Source: an uncultured delta proteobacterium (lineage in GTDB: Bacteria; Desulfobacterota; Binatia; Binatales; Binataceae). Taken from it: a stretch of 64,000 nt of DNA. The notes beneath the pieces were generated by a model. The model saw only the letters and a program-made list of their open reading frames with translations. It was not told where the DNA came from and did no database searches. A program made the translations under genes and the position numbers. Positions 1 through 9,924 of this stretch are shown one piece after another. The DNA is taken from assembly GCA_963734845.1 (NCBI GenBank), contig CAVTIS010000018.1:2482-66481 (forward strand). Reading direction: 5' to 3'. Each line of letters starts with the position of its first letter. Position 1 is the first letter of the stretch.

Positions 1-155
1 GCGCGGGTTTTTCACAAATGCCGGGATTCGGCGGTGGATTCGGCCATAGGTAGGCGCTTGCGGCGGTCATCTACTTTTGTGAAGCCACAGAACTATGTCA
101 TCTCGAAAATTAGTGATGGCAGCATTCGTGATGATGGCGCCATGCTGGTAGCGCG

Positions 156-965
156 ATGCTGATAGCAATAGATGTCGGCAACACCGACTCCGTAATCGGC
201 ATCTACGAGGGCGACCGCCTGCTCCATCACTGGCGGCTGTCGACCAAGGCCGAACGCACCACTGACGAGCACGGGGTGATGATCGGAGCGCTTTTGCAGA
301 GCGTTGGACTGGAGCCGCCGCTGCGCCCCGAGGGCGTGGCGATCGCTTGTGTGGTGCCTCCGCTCAACCGCACGATGGAAGACCTGGCGCATCGCTACTT
401 CCAGCGCGAGCCGCTGATCGTTGGTCCCGGAATCAAGACCGGGATGCCGATCCTGTACGAAAATCCCAAAGAGGTGGGCGCGGACCGCATCGTCAACGCG
501 GTAGCGGCCTACGATCGCTACACCAGCGCCTCTATCGTGGTCGATTTTGGCACCGCGACCACCTTCGACTACGTCACCGGGCGCGGCGAGTACGTGGGCG
601 GCGCGATCGCGCCGGGATTGGGAATCTCGATGGATGCGCTGGTCAAACACGCGGCCAAGCTTTACGAGGTCGAGCTGGTGCGCCCGCGCGAGGCCGTAGG
701 CCGCACGACCATCGGTGCAATCCAGTCGGGCCTCATCTTCGGCTACACGGCGCTGGTTGACGGACTGGTCGATCGTATCGAGCAGGAACGGGGCGAGCAT
801 GCTCACGTGATCGCGACCGGGGGCCTCGCCAGTCTGATCGCTCCCGAGTCGAAGTCGATCGAGGAGGTCGACGAGTTTCTGACGCTCAAGGGATTGCGCC
901 TGATCTTCGAACGCAACCGGCGCGCGCCTACGCCCTATGCGCCGGGCGGCGCGAGGGACACCTGA
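156..965 (+). CDS. coaX: Type III pantothenate kinase
   Basis: N-terminus MLIAIDVGNTDS and GTATT actin-fold ATPase motifs typical of CoaX. ATG at 156. Confidence 0.9.
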   Translation: MLIAIDVGNTDSVIGIYEGDRLLHHWRLSTKAERTTDEHGVMIGALLQSVGLEPPLRPEGVAIACVVPPLNRTMEDLAHRYFQREPLIVGPGIKTGMPILYENPKEVGADRIVNAVAAYDRYTSASIVVDFGTATTFDYVTGRGEYVGGAIAPGLGISMDALVKHAAKLYEVELVRPREAVGRTTIGAIQSGLIFGYTALVDGLVDRIEQERGEHAHVIATGGLASLIAPESKSIEEVDEFLTLKGLRLIFERNRRAPTPYAPGGARDT

Positions 966-1843
966 TGGCGAAGCCGCAACGCGTCGTTACCGATTCGATG
1001 ATCGGGCTGAAACTGCCCGACTTCGCGCGCCACTCCGATCGCGTCGCCACCGTGCTCGGGCACAATCCGGGTCCGTTCACCGGCCCCGGCACCAACACCT
1101 ACATCGTTGGCGTGGGGCGCAGGCCTCTGCTGCTCGATACCGGCGCCGGCGTCCCGGTGTACGAAGAATTGCTGCCGCATGCGCTCAAGGCGGTCAGTGC
1201 CACGGGCGAGCTCGAACGCGTGGTCTGCACGCACGCACACGGCGACCATATCGGCGGCATCCCCCAGGTCTATCGCCGCTTCGGCGAACTGGAAGTGCTC
1301 AAGAAGCCGTGGCCGGGCAAGGACGAAGCCGCAGGCGCGCCGATTAGCGCGATCGAGGACGGTGCGATAGTCAGGACCGAGGGCGCGACGCTGCGCGCGA
1401 TCCATACGCCGGGCCATGCGCCCGACCATCTTTGCTACTACCTGGAGGAGGAAAGGGCGCTGTTTACGGGCGACGTGGTGCTGGGCGCGGGCACTACGGT
1501 GATTCCCGATGACACGGGCGATCTGTGGCAGTACATGGCGTCGCTCCGGCGACTGCTCGAACTCGACGCGGCGCTGATTTACCCGGCGCACGGCCCGGTG
1601 ATCCGCAATGCGCGTCGGAAGATCGAGGAATACATCGCGCATCGCGAACTGCGCGAGCGCCAGGTGCTCGAGGCGCTGGCCGGCGCCGAGCCGCTTGATC
1701 CGATGCAGATCGTCAAAAAGATTTACGTTGATGTGCCCGAGTATTTGCACGTCGCGGCCTCCAATTCAGTGCGCTCGCATCTAAAAAAGCTCCGCAACGA
1801 AGGACGCGTGGTCGAGCATGAGAGCCGCTGGAGCCTCAACTAG
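965..1843 (+). CDS. MBL-fold metallo-hydrolase
   Basis: THAHGDH metal-binding motif and beta-lactamase fold pattern. Its ATG overlaps the coaX TGA (tgATG), so the two are translationally coupled. Confidence 0.8.
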   Translation: MAKPQRVVTDSMIGLKLPDFARHSDRVATVLGHNPGPFTGPGTNTYIVGVGRRPLLLDTGAGVPVYEELLPHALKAVSATGELERVVCTHAHGDHIGGIPQVYRRFGELEVLKKPWPGKDEAAGAPISAIEDGAIVRTEGATLRAIHTPGHAPDHLCYYLEEERALFTGDVVLGAGTTVIPDDTGDLWQYMASLRRLLELDAALIYPAHGPVIRNARRKIEEYIAHRELRERQVLEALAGAEPLDPMQIVKKIYVDVPEYLHVAASNSVRSHLKKLRNEGRVVEHESRWSLN

Positions 1844-1913
1844 ACGGCCGCGCCGGCCGCGCGTGCGCCGTGGCGGGAAATTATCGACGGATTTACCTGC
1901 CTCCGTGTCGGCG

Positions 1914-3569
1914 ATGCGGTCCGCGATAGCCCCGGCGCTGGCGGCCGGGCTTATCGCGCTCTGCACGATAAGCCCGGCCGCCTTCGCCCAGGACGATGCA
2001 CCCGTCGGCCCGGCCGCGACGATTGGATGGATCGGGGCTGCGCGCGCAGCCGCGGCGCGCGCAGCCGCTGCGCGAGCCGCGCCGCCGCTGCAAGCCGCTC
2101 CCGCCGATGAAGTAGCCACGGCGCCGGCTGCGGCGCCGCCCGTCGCCGCCGCGCCAATCAGAGTGGAAGCCAGGCTGTCGACCGCGGCGCCGGCCGCGCA
2201 GCCGCCGCTGGCGGCCGCGGCGCCAGCCAGAGTAGAGGCCAGGCTGCCGGCTGCGACGTCCTTCCTGCCACCACCGGCTCCGGCCACCCTCGCTCCCGCC
2301 GATGAAGTAGCCCCGGCGCCGGCTGCAGCGCCTGAAAGAGAAAAAACCAAGCTGCCGGCGGCGGCGCCCCAAGCGCCCGCCGCCGCGCCGTCCGCCGCTC
2401 CCGCGCCGGTCGAGGAAGAAGCCGCGTTGCGGGCCCTCGCGCCCGTCGCACCGCTGCCGGCGTCGGCTGAGACGGACGAGGCGCCCGTCGGCCCGGCCGC
2501 CACGATTGGCGCGCTCGCGGTCGCGCATGCTGCTGCGGTCCCCGAGACAGCTCCGGCAGCGGCATCCGCCGCCGCCCCAACCGAAGAGGAAGTCACGTTG
2601 GTCGCGGCGGACCCTGGCGCGACACCAGCGCCGCCCGCCGACGCACCTGCGTCCGCGGCGCCGTCCGCAGGCGTCTCAGCGAGTGGCGATGGGCCGTCCG
2701 CCTCCGGAGGGGCTGCCACACCGGCCGCTCCAGAGGCTGCCGCCGCCACGCCCACGCCGGCTGCGGCGCCAGCGGCGCCCGAGAGCGGCCCCCGGACGTT
2801 TCTCATCGACGACGGCGCACCGCCCGGCGCCACGCCGTCCAAAGGGACTCCGGCGACGCCGCCGGCCGCGCCCGATTCCGATGCGTCCCCGGCGACGGCT
2901 GCCGCGCCGCCGGCCGATGCGTCGACTCCGATCAACAATGCTCCGGCAGGTCAAGAGCGGACCGTAAGGCCCGAGGAAGCTCCGTCGGGAACCACGATCA
3001 TCCCCACGGCGGCACAGCAGCAATCGCTCGAGCCCACGACGGGCGCCGCCTCTCAGGGCTCGCAGGTCATCAATTACGAAGCGAACCAGGAGATGCCGCT
3101 CAACGAGCCGCAGTTGCACAGCCTCCAGGAATTCATGAACGAGGGCGTCAATACCTCGCCGCTTGGAGTTGAGTTGCAGGAAGGCGCGCGGCAGACGAAA
3201 AACGGCCGCGAAGTCGATGGCCTGCTGGTGGTCGCCTTGGAGCCCGGCAGTCCCGCCGAGCGCGCAGGCGTGCAGGCGGGCCACCGCGCGGCCCACGACG
3301 TCCTCGAGGGCGCGGCCGTGGCGGCGTCGCTGGTGTTTCCGCCGGCGGTGCTGGCCGTGCCCGTGATCGAAACCATCCAACTCGGCGAGAACTACGATCT
3401 GATCATCGGAATCGACGGCAATCGGGTCACCAATTTCATGGATTTCCAGGATCAGTTGCGCGACGCGCGGCCGGGCGAGACCGTCTACCTGAACATCCTG
3501 CGCGGCGGCAAACGTCTCCAGATACCGGTCGAGATGCCGGCGCCGAGCTCCGCCAAGCTGCAACCGTAG
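1914..3569 (+). CDS. Secreted Ala/Pro-rich protein with C-terminal PDZ domain
   Basis: ATG at 1914 gives signal peptide MRSAIAPALAAGLIALCTISPAAFA. About 400 aa of low-complexity A/P/E sequence with internal repeats. C-terminal PDZ-like region GLLVVALEPGSPAERAGVQAGH...IIGIDGNRV. Confidence 0.6.
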   Translation: MRSAIAPALAAGLIALCTISPAAFAQDDAPVGPAATIGWIGAARAAAARAAAARAAPPLQAAPADEVATAPAAAPPVAAAPIRVEARLSTAAPAAQPPLAAAAPARVEARLPAATSFLPPPAPATLAPADEVAPAPAAAPEREKTKLPAAAPQAPAAAPSAAPAPVEEEAALRALAPVAPLPASAETDEAPVGPAATIGALAVAHAAAVPETAPAAASAAAPTEEEVTLVAADPGATPAPPADAPASAAPSAGVSASGDGPSASGGAATPAAPEAAAATPTPAAAPAAPESGPRTFLIDDGAPPGATPSKGTPATPPAAPDSDASPATAAAPPADASTPINNAPAGQERTVRPEEAPSGTTIIPTAAQQQSLEPTTGAASQGSQVINYEANQEMPLNEPQLHSLQEFMNEGVNTSPLGVELQEGARQTKNGREVDGLLVVALEPGSPAERAGVQAGHRAAHDVLEGAAVAASLVFPPAVLAVPVIETIQLGENYDLIIGIDGNRVTNFMDFQDQLRDARPGETVYLNILRGGKRLQIPVEMPAPSSAKLQP

Positions 3570-3815
3570 GTTTGGCGCGGCTTCGTCCTGCTCCGGTGCG
3601 GCGAAAATTTACTCAAAGCGCCAGCCGGTCTTTACTCAGGACCAGCATCGTACTAATAGAGGGCTCTCCGTCGAGGCTCAGGCCCGGCGAGACGCAACGA
3701 CGAGGCAGCGAAGACTCCGGCGACGGAGCATTGCGGACATAGGCTTGGCCCAGCGCCTGGATCCTGACCGGACCGGGACCCCGAACGGCTTGAGCGCTCC
3801 TGGAGAGCACGTTTG

Positions 3816-3851
3816 ATGCGGGGTGCCGGTATGCGGTGGCCCCGCATTTTT
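3816..3851 (+). terminator. Hairpin plus T-tract (terminator or attenuator) in the 334-nt leader upstream of panC
   Basis: ATGCGGGG ... CCCCGCAT stem followed by TTTTT. Confidence 0.4.
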
Positions 3852-3903
3852 GTCCGCGGCAAAGCAAAGTTGGCCGGTAACGCGACCTAAGAGGAGGCCT
3901 AAC

Positions 3904-4758
3904 GTGAAAATCATTACCACCCCGGCCGAAATGCAGTGCCGCTCCGATGCGATCCGCCGCGCGGGCAAGCGAATAGCTTTCATCCCCACGATGGGTTTCC
4001 TGCATGAGGGCCATCTCAGCCTGATGCGCGAGGGCCGCCGGCGCGCCGAGGTCGTGGTGGCTTCGATTTTCGTCAATCCCACCCAGTTCGCGCCCAACGA
4101 GGACTTCGGCCGTTATCCGCGCGCCTTCGAGCGCGACTGCGAGATGATGAAGGACGTTCCGGTGGACCTGGTGTTTGCGCCGGAGCCCGACGCGATGTAT
4201 CCGGCGGGCGCACAGACCTGGGTCGAGGCGACGGAGATCACCAAGGGCCTGTGCGGAGCGCATCGAGTGGGGCACTTCCGCGGAGTCACCACGGTGGTCG
4301 CCAAGCTGTTCAATATCGTCAAGCCGCACTACGCGATGTTCGGCGAGAAGGATTTTCAGCAGTTGCGCGCGATCCAGCGGATGGTCAGGGACATGAATTT
4401 CGATCTCGAGATCGTGCCCATGCCGACCGTGCGCGAGTCTGATGGTCTCGCGATGAGTTCGCGCAACGCCTATCTCTCGCCCGACGAGCGAAGGCGCGGA
4501 CTCAGCCTGAGCGCGGCGCTGGAGGCCGCCCGCAGCGAATTCGCCGCCGGTGCGCGCGATCCGCGCGCGCTGGTGCGCGCCGCATGCGCGGTGCTCAGTG
4601 CGACACCGGAGGTCAGGATCGAATACATCGAGGCGGTCGATTCCGAATCGCTCGCGTCGATCGCGCGCATCGAAAGGCCGGTGGTGGTCGCAATCGCGGC
4701 GCACGTCGGCAAGACGCGGCTGATTGACAACGCTGTCTTCTCGCCGCCCGCGGCGTAG
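3904..4758 (+). CDS. panC: Pantoate--beta-alanine ligase
   Basis: HEGHLSL (HxGH) and FQPNEDF-like motifs. Start taken as GTG 3904 (VKIITTPAEM) with AGAGGAGG RBS 6-13 nt upstream. The track ORF extends further upstream to 3823. Confidence 0.9.
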   Translation: MKIITTPAEMQCRSDAIRRAGKRIAFIPTMGFLHEGHLSLMREGRRRAEVVVASIFVNPTQFAPNEDFGRYPRAFERDCEMMKDVPVDLVFAPEPDAMYPAGAQTWVEATEITKGLCGAHRVGHFRGVTTVVAKLFNIVKPHYAMFGEKDFQQLRAIQRMVRDMNFDLEIVPMPTVRESDGLAMSSRNAYLSPDERRRGLSLSAALEAARSEFAAGARDPRALVRAACAVLSATPEVRIEYIEAVDSESLASIARIERPVVVAIAAHVGKTRLIDNAVFSPPAA

Positions 4759-4835
4759 AGCTTTTAAAGGGGCGAGAGTGGACATCAGGTCCGCTCCCGC
4801 CCCTTTGCATCAGCGATTAAAAGCGGCGCGCGCGT

Positions 4836-6161
4836 TTAGTAATAATCGACCGGATCGATCTGCCGCTTCGCGCCGTACCAGAACAGCATGTTCTCGGTCA
4901 GCCCCTGCCAGGTGAACTTGTTCGGCGGCAGCAGCAGGCGCTTGAACATCGATTTGAACGAGTAGAATTCCTTGGTGCAGCGCCATACCCCTTCTTCGAC
5001 CTGCTGCGGCGACAGCTTGTTGGGCACGAACATGCAGCGGAAGTTGTTGGTGTACATGTCGGCGTCGGGGATGATGACGCGGCCTTCCTGTTCGAGCTTG
5101 GTGCGCATCGGCGTGCCCTTGCGCGGGGTGACCGTGTTGAAGAACGCCTCGGGCGCCCTGACCTCGTGAAGAAAGGCTAGGGTGTCGTCGAAAATCTGCG
5201 GATGGTCTTCCTCAAGGCCGAAGAGGAAGTTGAGCGAGTAGTAGATTCCATAGTGCTCCAGGCGCTTGAGCAGTTTCTTGTAGTCCTTGGTGTGGTTCTG
5301 GATCTTGCTCATCGAGAGCAGGCTGTCCTGGCTAATCGATTCCACGCCGATATTGACGTGGAACACGCCGGCCTGCGCCGCGAGGTCGAGCAGGTCCTCA
5401 TCATGGTTGGAATTGATGGTCCACAGGCACGAGAACTTGATGTTGAGCGGAATCAGCGCGCGGAACAGTTCGCGCGCGAACTTGTGCTTGCCGGTTATCT
5501 GGTCGTCGATGAACTGGAAGCGGCGAAAGCCGGTGACCGCGATGACCTGCTTGATTTCCTCGACGATGTCCTCGATCGGCCGCGTGCGATAGCTGCCCTC
5601 ATAGAAGACCGGAATTTCGCAGAACGAGCAGCGATACGGACATCCGCGGCTCGCCTGCACGGGCACCGCCTTGAACAGGTAGCGGTTGAGCTTGAGCAGT
5701 TCGTGACGCGGGCGCGGCAGGTTCTTCAGGTCGTGCAGCTTGTCGGCCTTGTAGATGCGCTTGAGCTTGCCGTCCTGCCAGTCGCGCAGAAGGGGCTCCC
5801 ATACCAGGTCGGCCTCGCCCTGGACCACGGCGTCGGCGTGCTTGAGCGCCTCCTCGGTCTGGAGCGTGGCGTGGAAACCGCCCATCACGACCGGGATTCC
5901 GCGCTTGCGAAACTCATCGCCGAGCTGGTAGGCGCGCAGCGAGGCGCCGATGGTGGTGGTCATGCCGACCAGGTCCCAGCCGCCGTCGAAGTCGAGTTCT
6001 TCCAACCGCTCATCGCAGAGCGTCACGTCAAAGTCATCTGGCGTCAGTCCCGCCAGCAGCGGGATCATCAAACCCATGATCAGGCGCCAGCGGGTTTTAT
6101 GCGGCGTGCCGTCCAGATGGATGGTCGTCGGTTGTACCAGCAGGATTCGCGGTTTCTTCAC
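4836..6161 (-). CDS. B12-binding radical SAM protein (class B, methyltransferase-like)
   Basis: N-terminal cobalamin-binding domain (RILLVQP...VVMGGFHAT) and radical [11 protein letters not shown] motif. GTG start with AGGAGG RBS. GTGA start/stop overlap with the upstream gene. Confidence 0.8.
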   Translation of the reverse strand: MKKPRILLVQPTTIHLDGTPHKTRWRLIMGLMIPLLAGLTPDDFDVTLCDERLEELDFDGGWDLVGMTTTIGASLRAYQLGDEFRKRGIPVVMGGFHATLQTEEALKHADAVVQGEADLVWEPLLRDWQDGKLKRIYKADKLHDLKNLPRPRHELLKLNRYLFKAVPVQASRGCPYRCSFCEIPVFYEGSYRTRPIEDIVEEIKQVIAVTGFRRFQFIDDQITGKHKFARELFRALIPLNIKFSCLWTINSNHDEDLLDLAAQAGVFHVNIGVESISQDSLLSMSKIQNHTKDYKKLLKRLEHYGIYYSLNFLFGLEEDHPQIFDDTLAFLHEVRAPEAFFNTVTPRKGTPMRTKLEQEGRVIIPDADMYTNNFRCMFVPNKLSPQQVEEGVWRCTKEFYSFKSMFKRLLLPPNKFTWQGLTENMLFWYGAKRQIDPVDYY

Positions 6162-7351
6162 ACTGCCTCCTGGCGATGCCGCGTTTGCGCGGGCCGCCGT
6201 TGTAGGTCGCTTTGCCGGCCGCCGCGATGGGTGGTCATCCACCACATAACGAAGGCAAAGATGTAAGTGCCAAATGCCGTGCCCCAGGCGAAATAATTAA
6301 TCCGGCCGATCAGCGCCAGCACCACCAGCAGGTACGCGAAATCGCGCCCGCTCACCCGTTCCACCTGCGCGATGAACTGCTCGGCACGCTCGCCGTTGAC
6401 GCGCGTCGCGCGCCAGGTTGTGAGCGCGCACAACCCGAAGCCGACCAGTAAGACGGCGAACAGGTAGATGTAGGCCCGGCTGCCGCTCGCCCGATAGCAC
6501 CCTGTCATGATACCGGCGAAGAGCGCGACGTGCACCAGGTTGTCGGTCGTCACGTCAAGCCGCGCGCCGAAACGCGACTCGGTCATCTTGAGCCGCGCAA
6601 GCTCGCCGTCGACGCCGTCGAAGGTCACCGAAGCCAGGAACATTAGCGCCGCAATCAGGCGCGGCCAGTAGTCCGGAAAACTGAACAGCCACGCGCTTAC
6701 CAATCCGAAAGCCGTGTTGGCGAGTGTAACCTGGTTGGGCGTGATAGCGGTCCGCGCAAGGCGCAAACTGATTCGCCATGAGAGCCGCCGATCGACCCAT
6801 CGCGCCATCAGCGCGTCCTTGTCGGCGCTCTCGCGGCGCAACTCGCACGCGAGGCGGCGCTCGGCCTCCTGGATGTCCGTCGGCCGTCCATCAAGCGCGA
6901 AGGGCAGCTGCCCGCTCGGGCTGAGCTGCGAGGCCGCGGCACCCCAATCCTCGATCAGCCGAGCAAGCGGCCCCGCCGCAAGACTGCCGCCGCTCGCTGC
7001 GTCGGTGCTCCGGAGGTTGACCACCTCGCCCGGTCGGGCCGCCTGAGTGTCGAGCAACCCGCGCAACTGCGAGGCCGCCAGCACCAGATTTCCTCTAAAC
7101 GCTATACAGGGCGCGTCGTGGGGCACTTGCTCAAGGACCTGTGCAAATGAACCGACCAAATTGACCTCGGAATGATCGCGGAATGATCCCAAAGAAGCGC
7201 GCACGTCGCCGTCGCCGGCCGCACCGGTCTCGATAAAGAACCGCTTCACGCCCGCGCGTTGACAAATAAGCATCAGGCGCTCCAGCAGGGATCGCCCGAA
7301 GATCAAATTGCCGGCGCGGGCCGAAATCTCGATTAGAGCTGTATCAATCAA
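6158..7351 (-). CDS. Bifunctional NTP-transferase-like / CDP-alcohol phosphatidyltransferase membrane protein (IPCT/DIPPS-like architecture)
   Basis: C-terminal half has the CDP-OH-P transferase signature [28 protein letters not shown] (D-G-x2-A-R...G-x3-D-x3-D) and several TM helices. N-terminal about 170 aa resemble a degenerate nucleotidyltransferase fold. TTG start. Confidence 0.7.
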   Translation of the reverse strand: MIDTALIEISARAGNLIFGRSLLERLMLICQRAGVKRFFIETGAAGDGDVRASLGSFRDHSEVNLVGSFAQVLEQVPHDAPCIAFRGNLVLAASQLRGLLDTQAARPGEVVNLRSTDAASGGSLAAGPLARLIEDWGAAASQLSPSGQLPFALDGRPTDIQEAERRLACELRRESADKDALMARWVDRRLSWRISLRLARTAITPNQVTLANTAFGLVSAWLFSFPDYWPRLIAALMFLASVTFDGVDGELARLKMTESRFGARLDVTTDNLVHVALFAGIMTGCYRASGSRAYIYLFAVLLVGFGLCALTTWRATRVNGERAEQFIAQVERVSGRDFAYLLVVLALIGRINYFAWGTAFGTYIFAFVMWWMTTHRGGRQSDLQRRPAQTRHRQEAV

Positions 7352-7353
7352 AT

Positions 7354-7377
7354 AAAGCCTTGTTGAATAAAGGCTTT
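7354..7377. promoter_or_regulatory. Perfect 8-bp inverted repeat AAAGCCTT-n8-AAGGCTTT abutting the start codon of the minus-strand fusion gene
   Basis: Seen directly in the sequence. Candidate operator or 5'-UTR hairpin in the divergent promoter region 7352-7550. Confidence 0.35.
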
Positions 7378-7550
7378 TAGACTAATTGGAGACCAGAGTC
7401 AACGAACTGACCGTGCGGTCTGTCCGCTCGGTCACCCCTGCGCCAGCCCGCTGCCTGTTCATAACTCTTAACTTTCACGCAACCTTGCCGATTCAGTTCT
7501 TAACGGTCTCATTTGTAGAGGCCCAATGCGAGGGCTGATAAGCTGGCCCC

Positions 7551-8300
7551 GTGGCCAGTCCGACCCGGGCGATTTTATTCGACTTCGGCGGCACGCTCGA
7601 CCATCCACATCATTGGTTGGACCGTTTCGTGCGCCATTACCATGCCGCCGGCTTACGGCTTAGCCGTGCCGAGCTCGACGTGGCGTATTCCCATGGCACC
7701 CGCACTGCCTACCAGGCTGGTGATGAACTGCATCACCACAGCCTGCGCGAGCTGGTGCAGCATCTCGTCGCTCACCAATTCGACCATCTACATCGCCACG
7801 GACCCGACAGCGTTCGCGGGCATCTCACGGGCCTCGGGGGCGAACGCGATAACCTCGCCGATCGTATCGCGGCCGGCTTCGCCGAAGAATCGGCCGAAGG
7901 GCTCGCGCGCAGCCGCGCCCTGCTCAAGGAACTGTCGCACGACTTCAAACTTGGCGTGGTTTCCAATTTTTACGGCAACCTGCAAGTGGTCCTGTTCGAG
8001 GCCGGCATCCGGGAACTCATCCAGGTCGCGATCGATTCCAAGCACATGCGCGTCTTCAAACCTGACGAACGTATCTTCGTCGCCGCGCTCAAGGTGCTCG
8101 ACCTGCCGCACAACCAGGTCGCGATGGTGGGGGACTCGCTGCACAAGGATTGCGCACCTGCGCGAAAACTCGGCATGCGCTCGATCTGGCTGCGCGGACA
8201 TCCGGCGGGTGGCGGCGAGCATCCGCAGGCGAGCGAGGAAGCGGCGCTCGCCGACCATACGATCGGCGCGCTCGATGAACTGAGGAACCTCAAATGGTAG
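7551..8300 (+). CDS. HAD-superfamily hydrolase (subfamily IA-like phosphatase)
   Basis: Motif I ILFDFGGTLD, motif III K, motif IV VGDSLHKD. GTG start. Confidence 0.75.
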   Translation: MASPTRAILFDFGGTLDHPHHWLDRFVRHYHAAGLRLSRAELDVAYSHGTRTAYQAGDELHHHSLRELVQHLVAHQFDHLHRHGPDSVRGHLTGLGGERDNLADRIAAGFAEESAEGLARSRALLKELSHDFKLGVVSNFYGNLQVVLFEAGIRELIQVAIDSKHMRVFKPDERIFVAALKVLDLPHNQVAMVGDSLHKDCAPARKLGMRSIWLRGHPAGGGEHPQASEEAALADHTIGALDELRNLKW

Positions 8301-9049
8301 CCGGACCTGCGACAGCCGGATTTCGCGGGGCGATTATTGCAGCCGGCCGCGGCGAACGCCTGCGTGGCGCGGTCGACGACCTGCCCAAGCCGTTGGTCGA
8401 GCTTGGCGGCGAGACGATGCTTGTGCGGCAGGCGCGGATGTTGCACGAGGTGGGGGCAGACACCGTCGTGGCGCTGGTCAACTCGGAGACCGCCGGGCTT
8501 ATCGCGGCCCGCGCTGTGCGGATTCCGCCGTGGATGAAACTCAAGGCTCGCGATACGCCGAGTTCGATGGAATCGCTATTCACGCTGGGCGAGCATCTGC
8601 GCGGCGCCCATCGTTTTTTGCTTGCCACGGTTGACGCGGTGGCTGAGGCCTCTGAGCTCCGTCGATTCGCCGCACGTGCGCTGGAACTGACCGGCGGCGC
8701 GGGAGCACGCTTCGACGGCGCGCTCGCGGTGGTGCGATGGCGCGGCGACAAGCGGCCGCTGTTCGCCGAGGTCGCGCCCGACGGCGCGATCGCGGCGTTG
8801 GGCGAGCGCCAGTGCGCGACCGTCACAGCAGGCTTCTATTACTTGCCCGCGGCGATTTTCGATCTTGCCGACCGCGCGCGCGCTGAGCGGCTGGACGCGA
8901 TGCGCAAGCTGCTCGCGATGGCGATCGCCAGTGGAATGCGCCTTGCCGCGGTCGAGCTTGAGACCACGATCGACGTCGACGAATCGGCGGACCTGGCTGC
9001 CGCGCGCGCGATGATCGCCGGCGGTGACGCCGGCCGGAGCCGTGGCTGA
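8294..9049 (+). CDS. Nucleotidyltransferase (sugar/alcohol-phosphate cytidylyl/guanylyl-transferase family)
   Basis: AIIAAGRGERLRG...PKPLVELGGETML G-loop typical of the NTP_transferase fold. Its ATG overlaps the HAD stop by 7 nt. Confidence 0.75.
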   Translation: MVAGPATAGFRGAIIAAGRGERLRGAVDDLPKPLVELGGETMLVRQARMLHEVGADTVVALVNSETAGLIAARAVRIPPWMKLKARDTPSSMESLFTLGEHLRGAHRFLLATVDAVAEASELRRFAARALELTGGAGARFDGALAVVRWRGDKRPLFAEVAPDGAIAALGERQCATVTAGFYYLPAAIFDLADRARAERLDAMRKLLAMAIASGMRLAAVELETTIDVDESADLAAARAMIAGGDAGRSRG

Positions 9050-9051
9050 CG

Positions 9052-9888
9052 ATGCGCGCGCTAGGGGTTTATCGCGAGCCCGAGTTCTCGCCGGGCAAGG
9101 TCGAGCACGACGCTGCAATTCTCGACGCGGTGATGGCCGAGCTCAAGCGCCAGGGGCTTGAAATCTCCGTGATGAGCGCGGCCGGCTTCGTTGCCGATCC
9201 GCTCGTCAGCGCCGACCTGGTGCTCGCGATGTGCCAAGGCGAGCGCGCGCTGGGCCGCCTGGTAGCGCTCGAACAGCAGGGTGCGGTCGCGGTCAATTCG
9301 GCGCTCGCGATCCGCAACTGCTACCGCGACCTACTGTGCGCCGGCCTCGTACATGCCGGCGTGCCGGTGCCGACCGGCGCGCTGGTCCGTACCGGTTCGC
9401 GCCCGCCGGACCTGACGCCGCTCGGCGTGCTTGACCTAGACTCTCCGATGTTCGTCAAGCGCGGTGACCTGCATGCGCTTGCGCCCGACGACGTTCAGCG
9501 GGTAGAAAGCCGTGGCGCGCTGCGCTCGGCGCTTAACGGGATGGCCGAGCGCGGAGTGCCGGTCGCCTACGTGCAGCAGGCGGTCGAGGGCAGGGTGGTA
9601 AAGTTTTACGGGGTCAGCGGCGGCGAGTACTTCGCGGCGCTGGACGAGGACGGAGGCGAGGGATCGCTGTCCGAGCAGGTGCGGCTCGATCTAGCCCGCG
9701 CCGCCGCGGCGGCCGCCGCCACGCTCGGTCTGGAGGCGTGGGGTGGCGACGCGGTTATCGACGGCGAAAGTTTCATGATGGTCGATTTCAACGACTGGCC
9801 GAGCTTCAGCCGAGTGCGCGAGGCTGCCGCGCGCGCGATTGCGCGGCGCTGCCTGATGCTCGCGCGTCGGCCGCGCCAGAGCGCCTGA
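9052..9888 (+). CDS. ATP-grasp fold protein (RimK/ITPK1-like)
   Basis: VVKFYGV...GGDAVIDGESFMMVDFNDWPSFS resembles ATP-grasp C-terminal nucleotide-binding strands. ATG sits 2 nt after the previous stop. Confidence 0.5.
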   Translation: MRALGVYREPEFSPGKVEHDAAILDAVMAELKRQGLEISVMSAAGFVADPLVSADLVLAMCQGERALGRLVALEQQGAVAVNSALAIRNCYRDLLCAGLVHAGVPVPTGALVRTGSRPPDLTPLGVLDLDSPMFVKRGDLHALAPDDVQRVESRGALRSALNGMAERGVPVAYVQQAVEGRVVKFYGVSGGEYFAALDEDGGEGSLSEQVRLDLARAAAAAAATLGLEAWGGDAVIDGESFMMVDFNDWPSFSRVREAAARAIARRCLMLARRPRQSA

Positions 9889-9924
9889 GCGCTATTTCCC
9901 AGGAGGGCCCTCGCGGGCCGTAGG

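Noticed and set aside
1-155. Possible 3' end of an upstream gene at the window edge
   Set aside because: All + frames contain stops within the first 100 nt. The region is AT-richer and is more likely the coaX promoter and leader. Nothing can be called confidently.
1781-2938. 385-aa minus-strand Ala/Gly-rich ORF and other antisense ORFs (935-1750, 3613-4785, 17692-18795, 18795-19760, 19264-20106, 31332-32966, 39977-41488, 55648-57591)
   Set aside because: All lie opposite strongly recognisable genes (coaX/MBL, panC, hpnH, ispA-like, pepN, malQ/SDR, the Trx-fusion gene). They are low complexity and are GC-frame artefacts.
3823-3903. Longer PanC N-terminus from the first start in the track ORF
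   Set aside because: No RBS there. GTG 3904 has an AGAGGAGG RBS, and PanC homologs begin at the MKIIxT-equivalent position.
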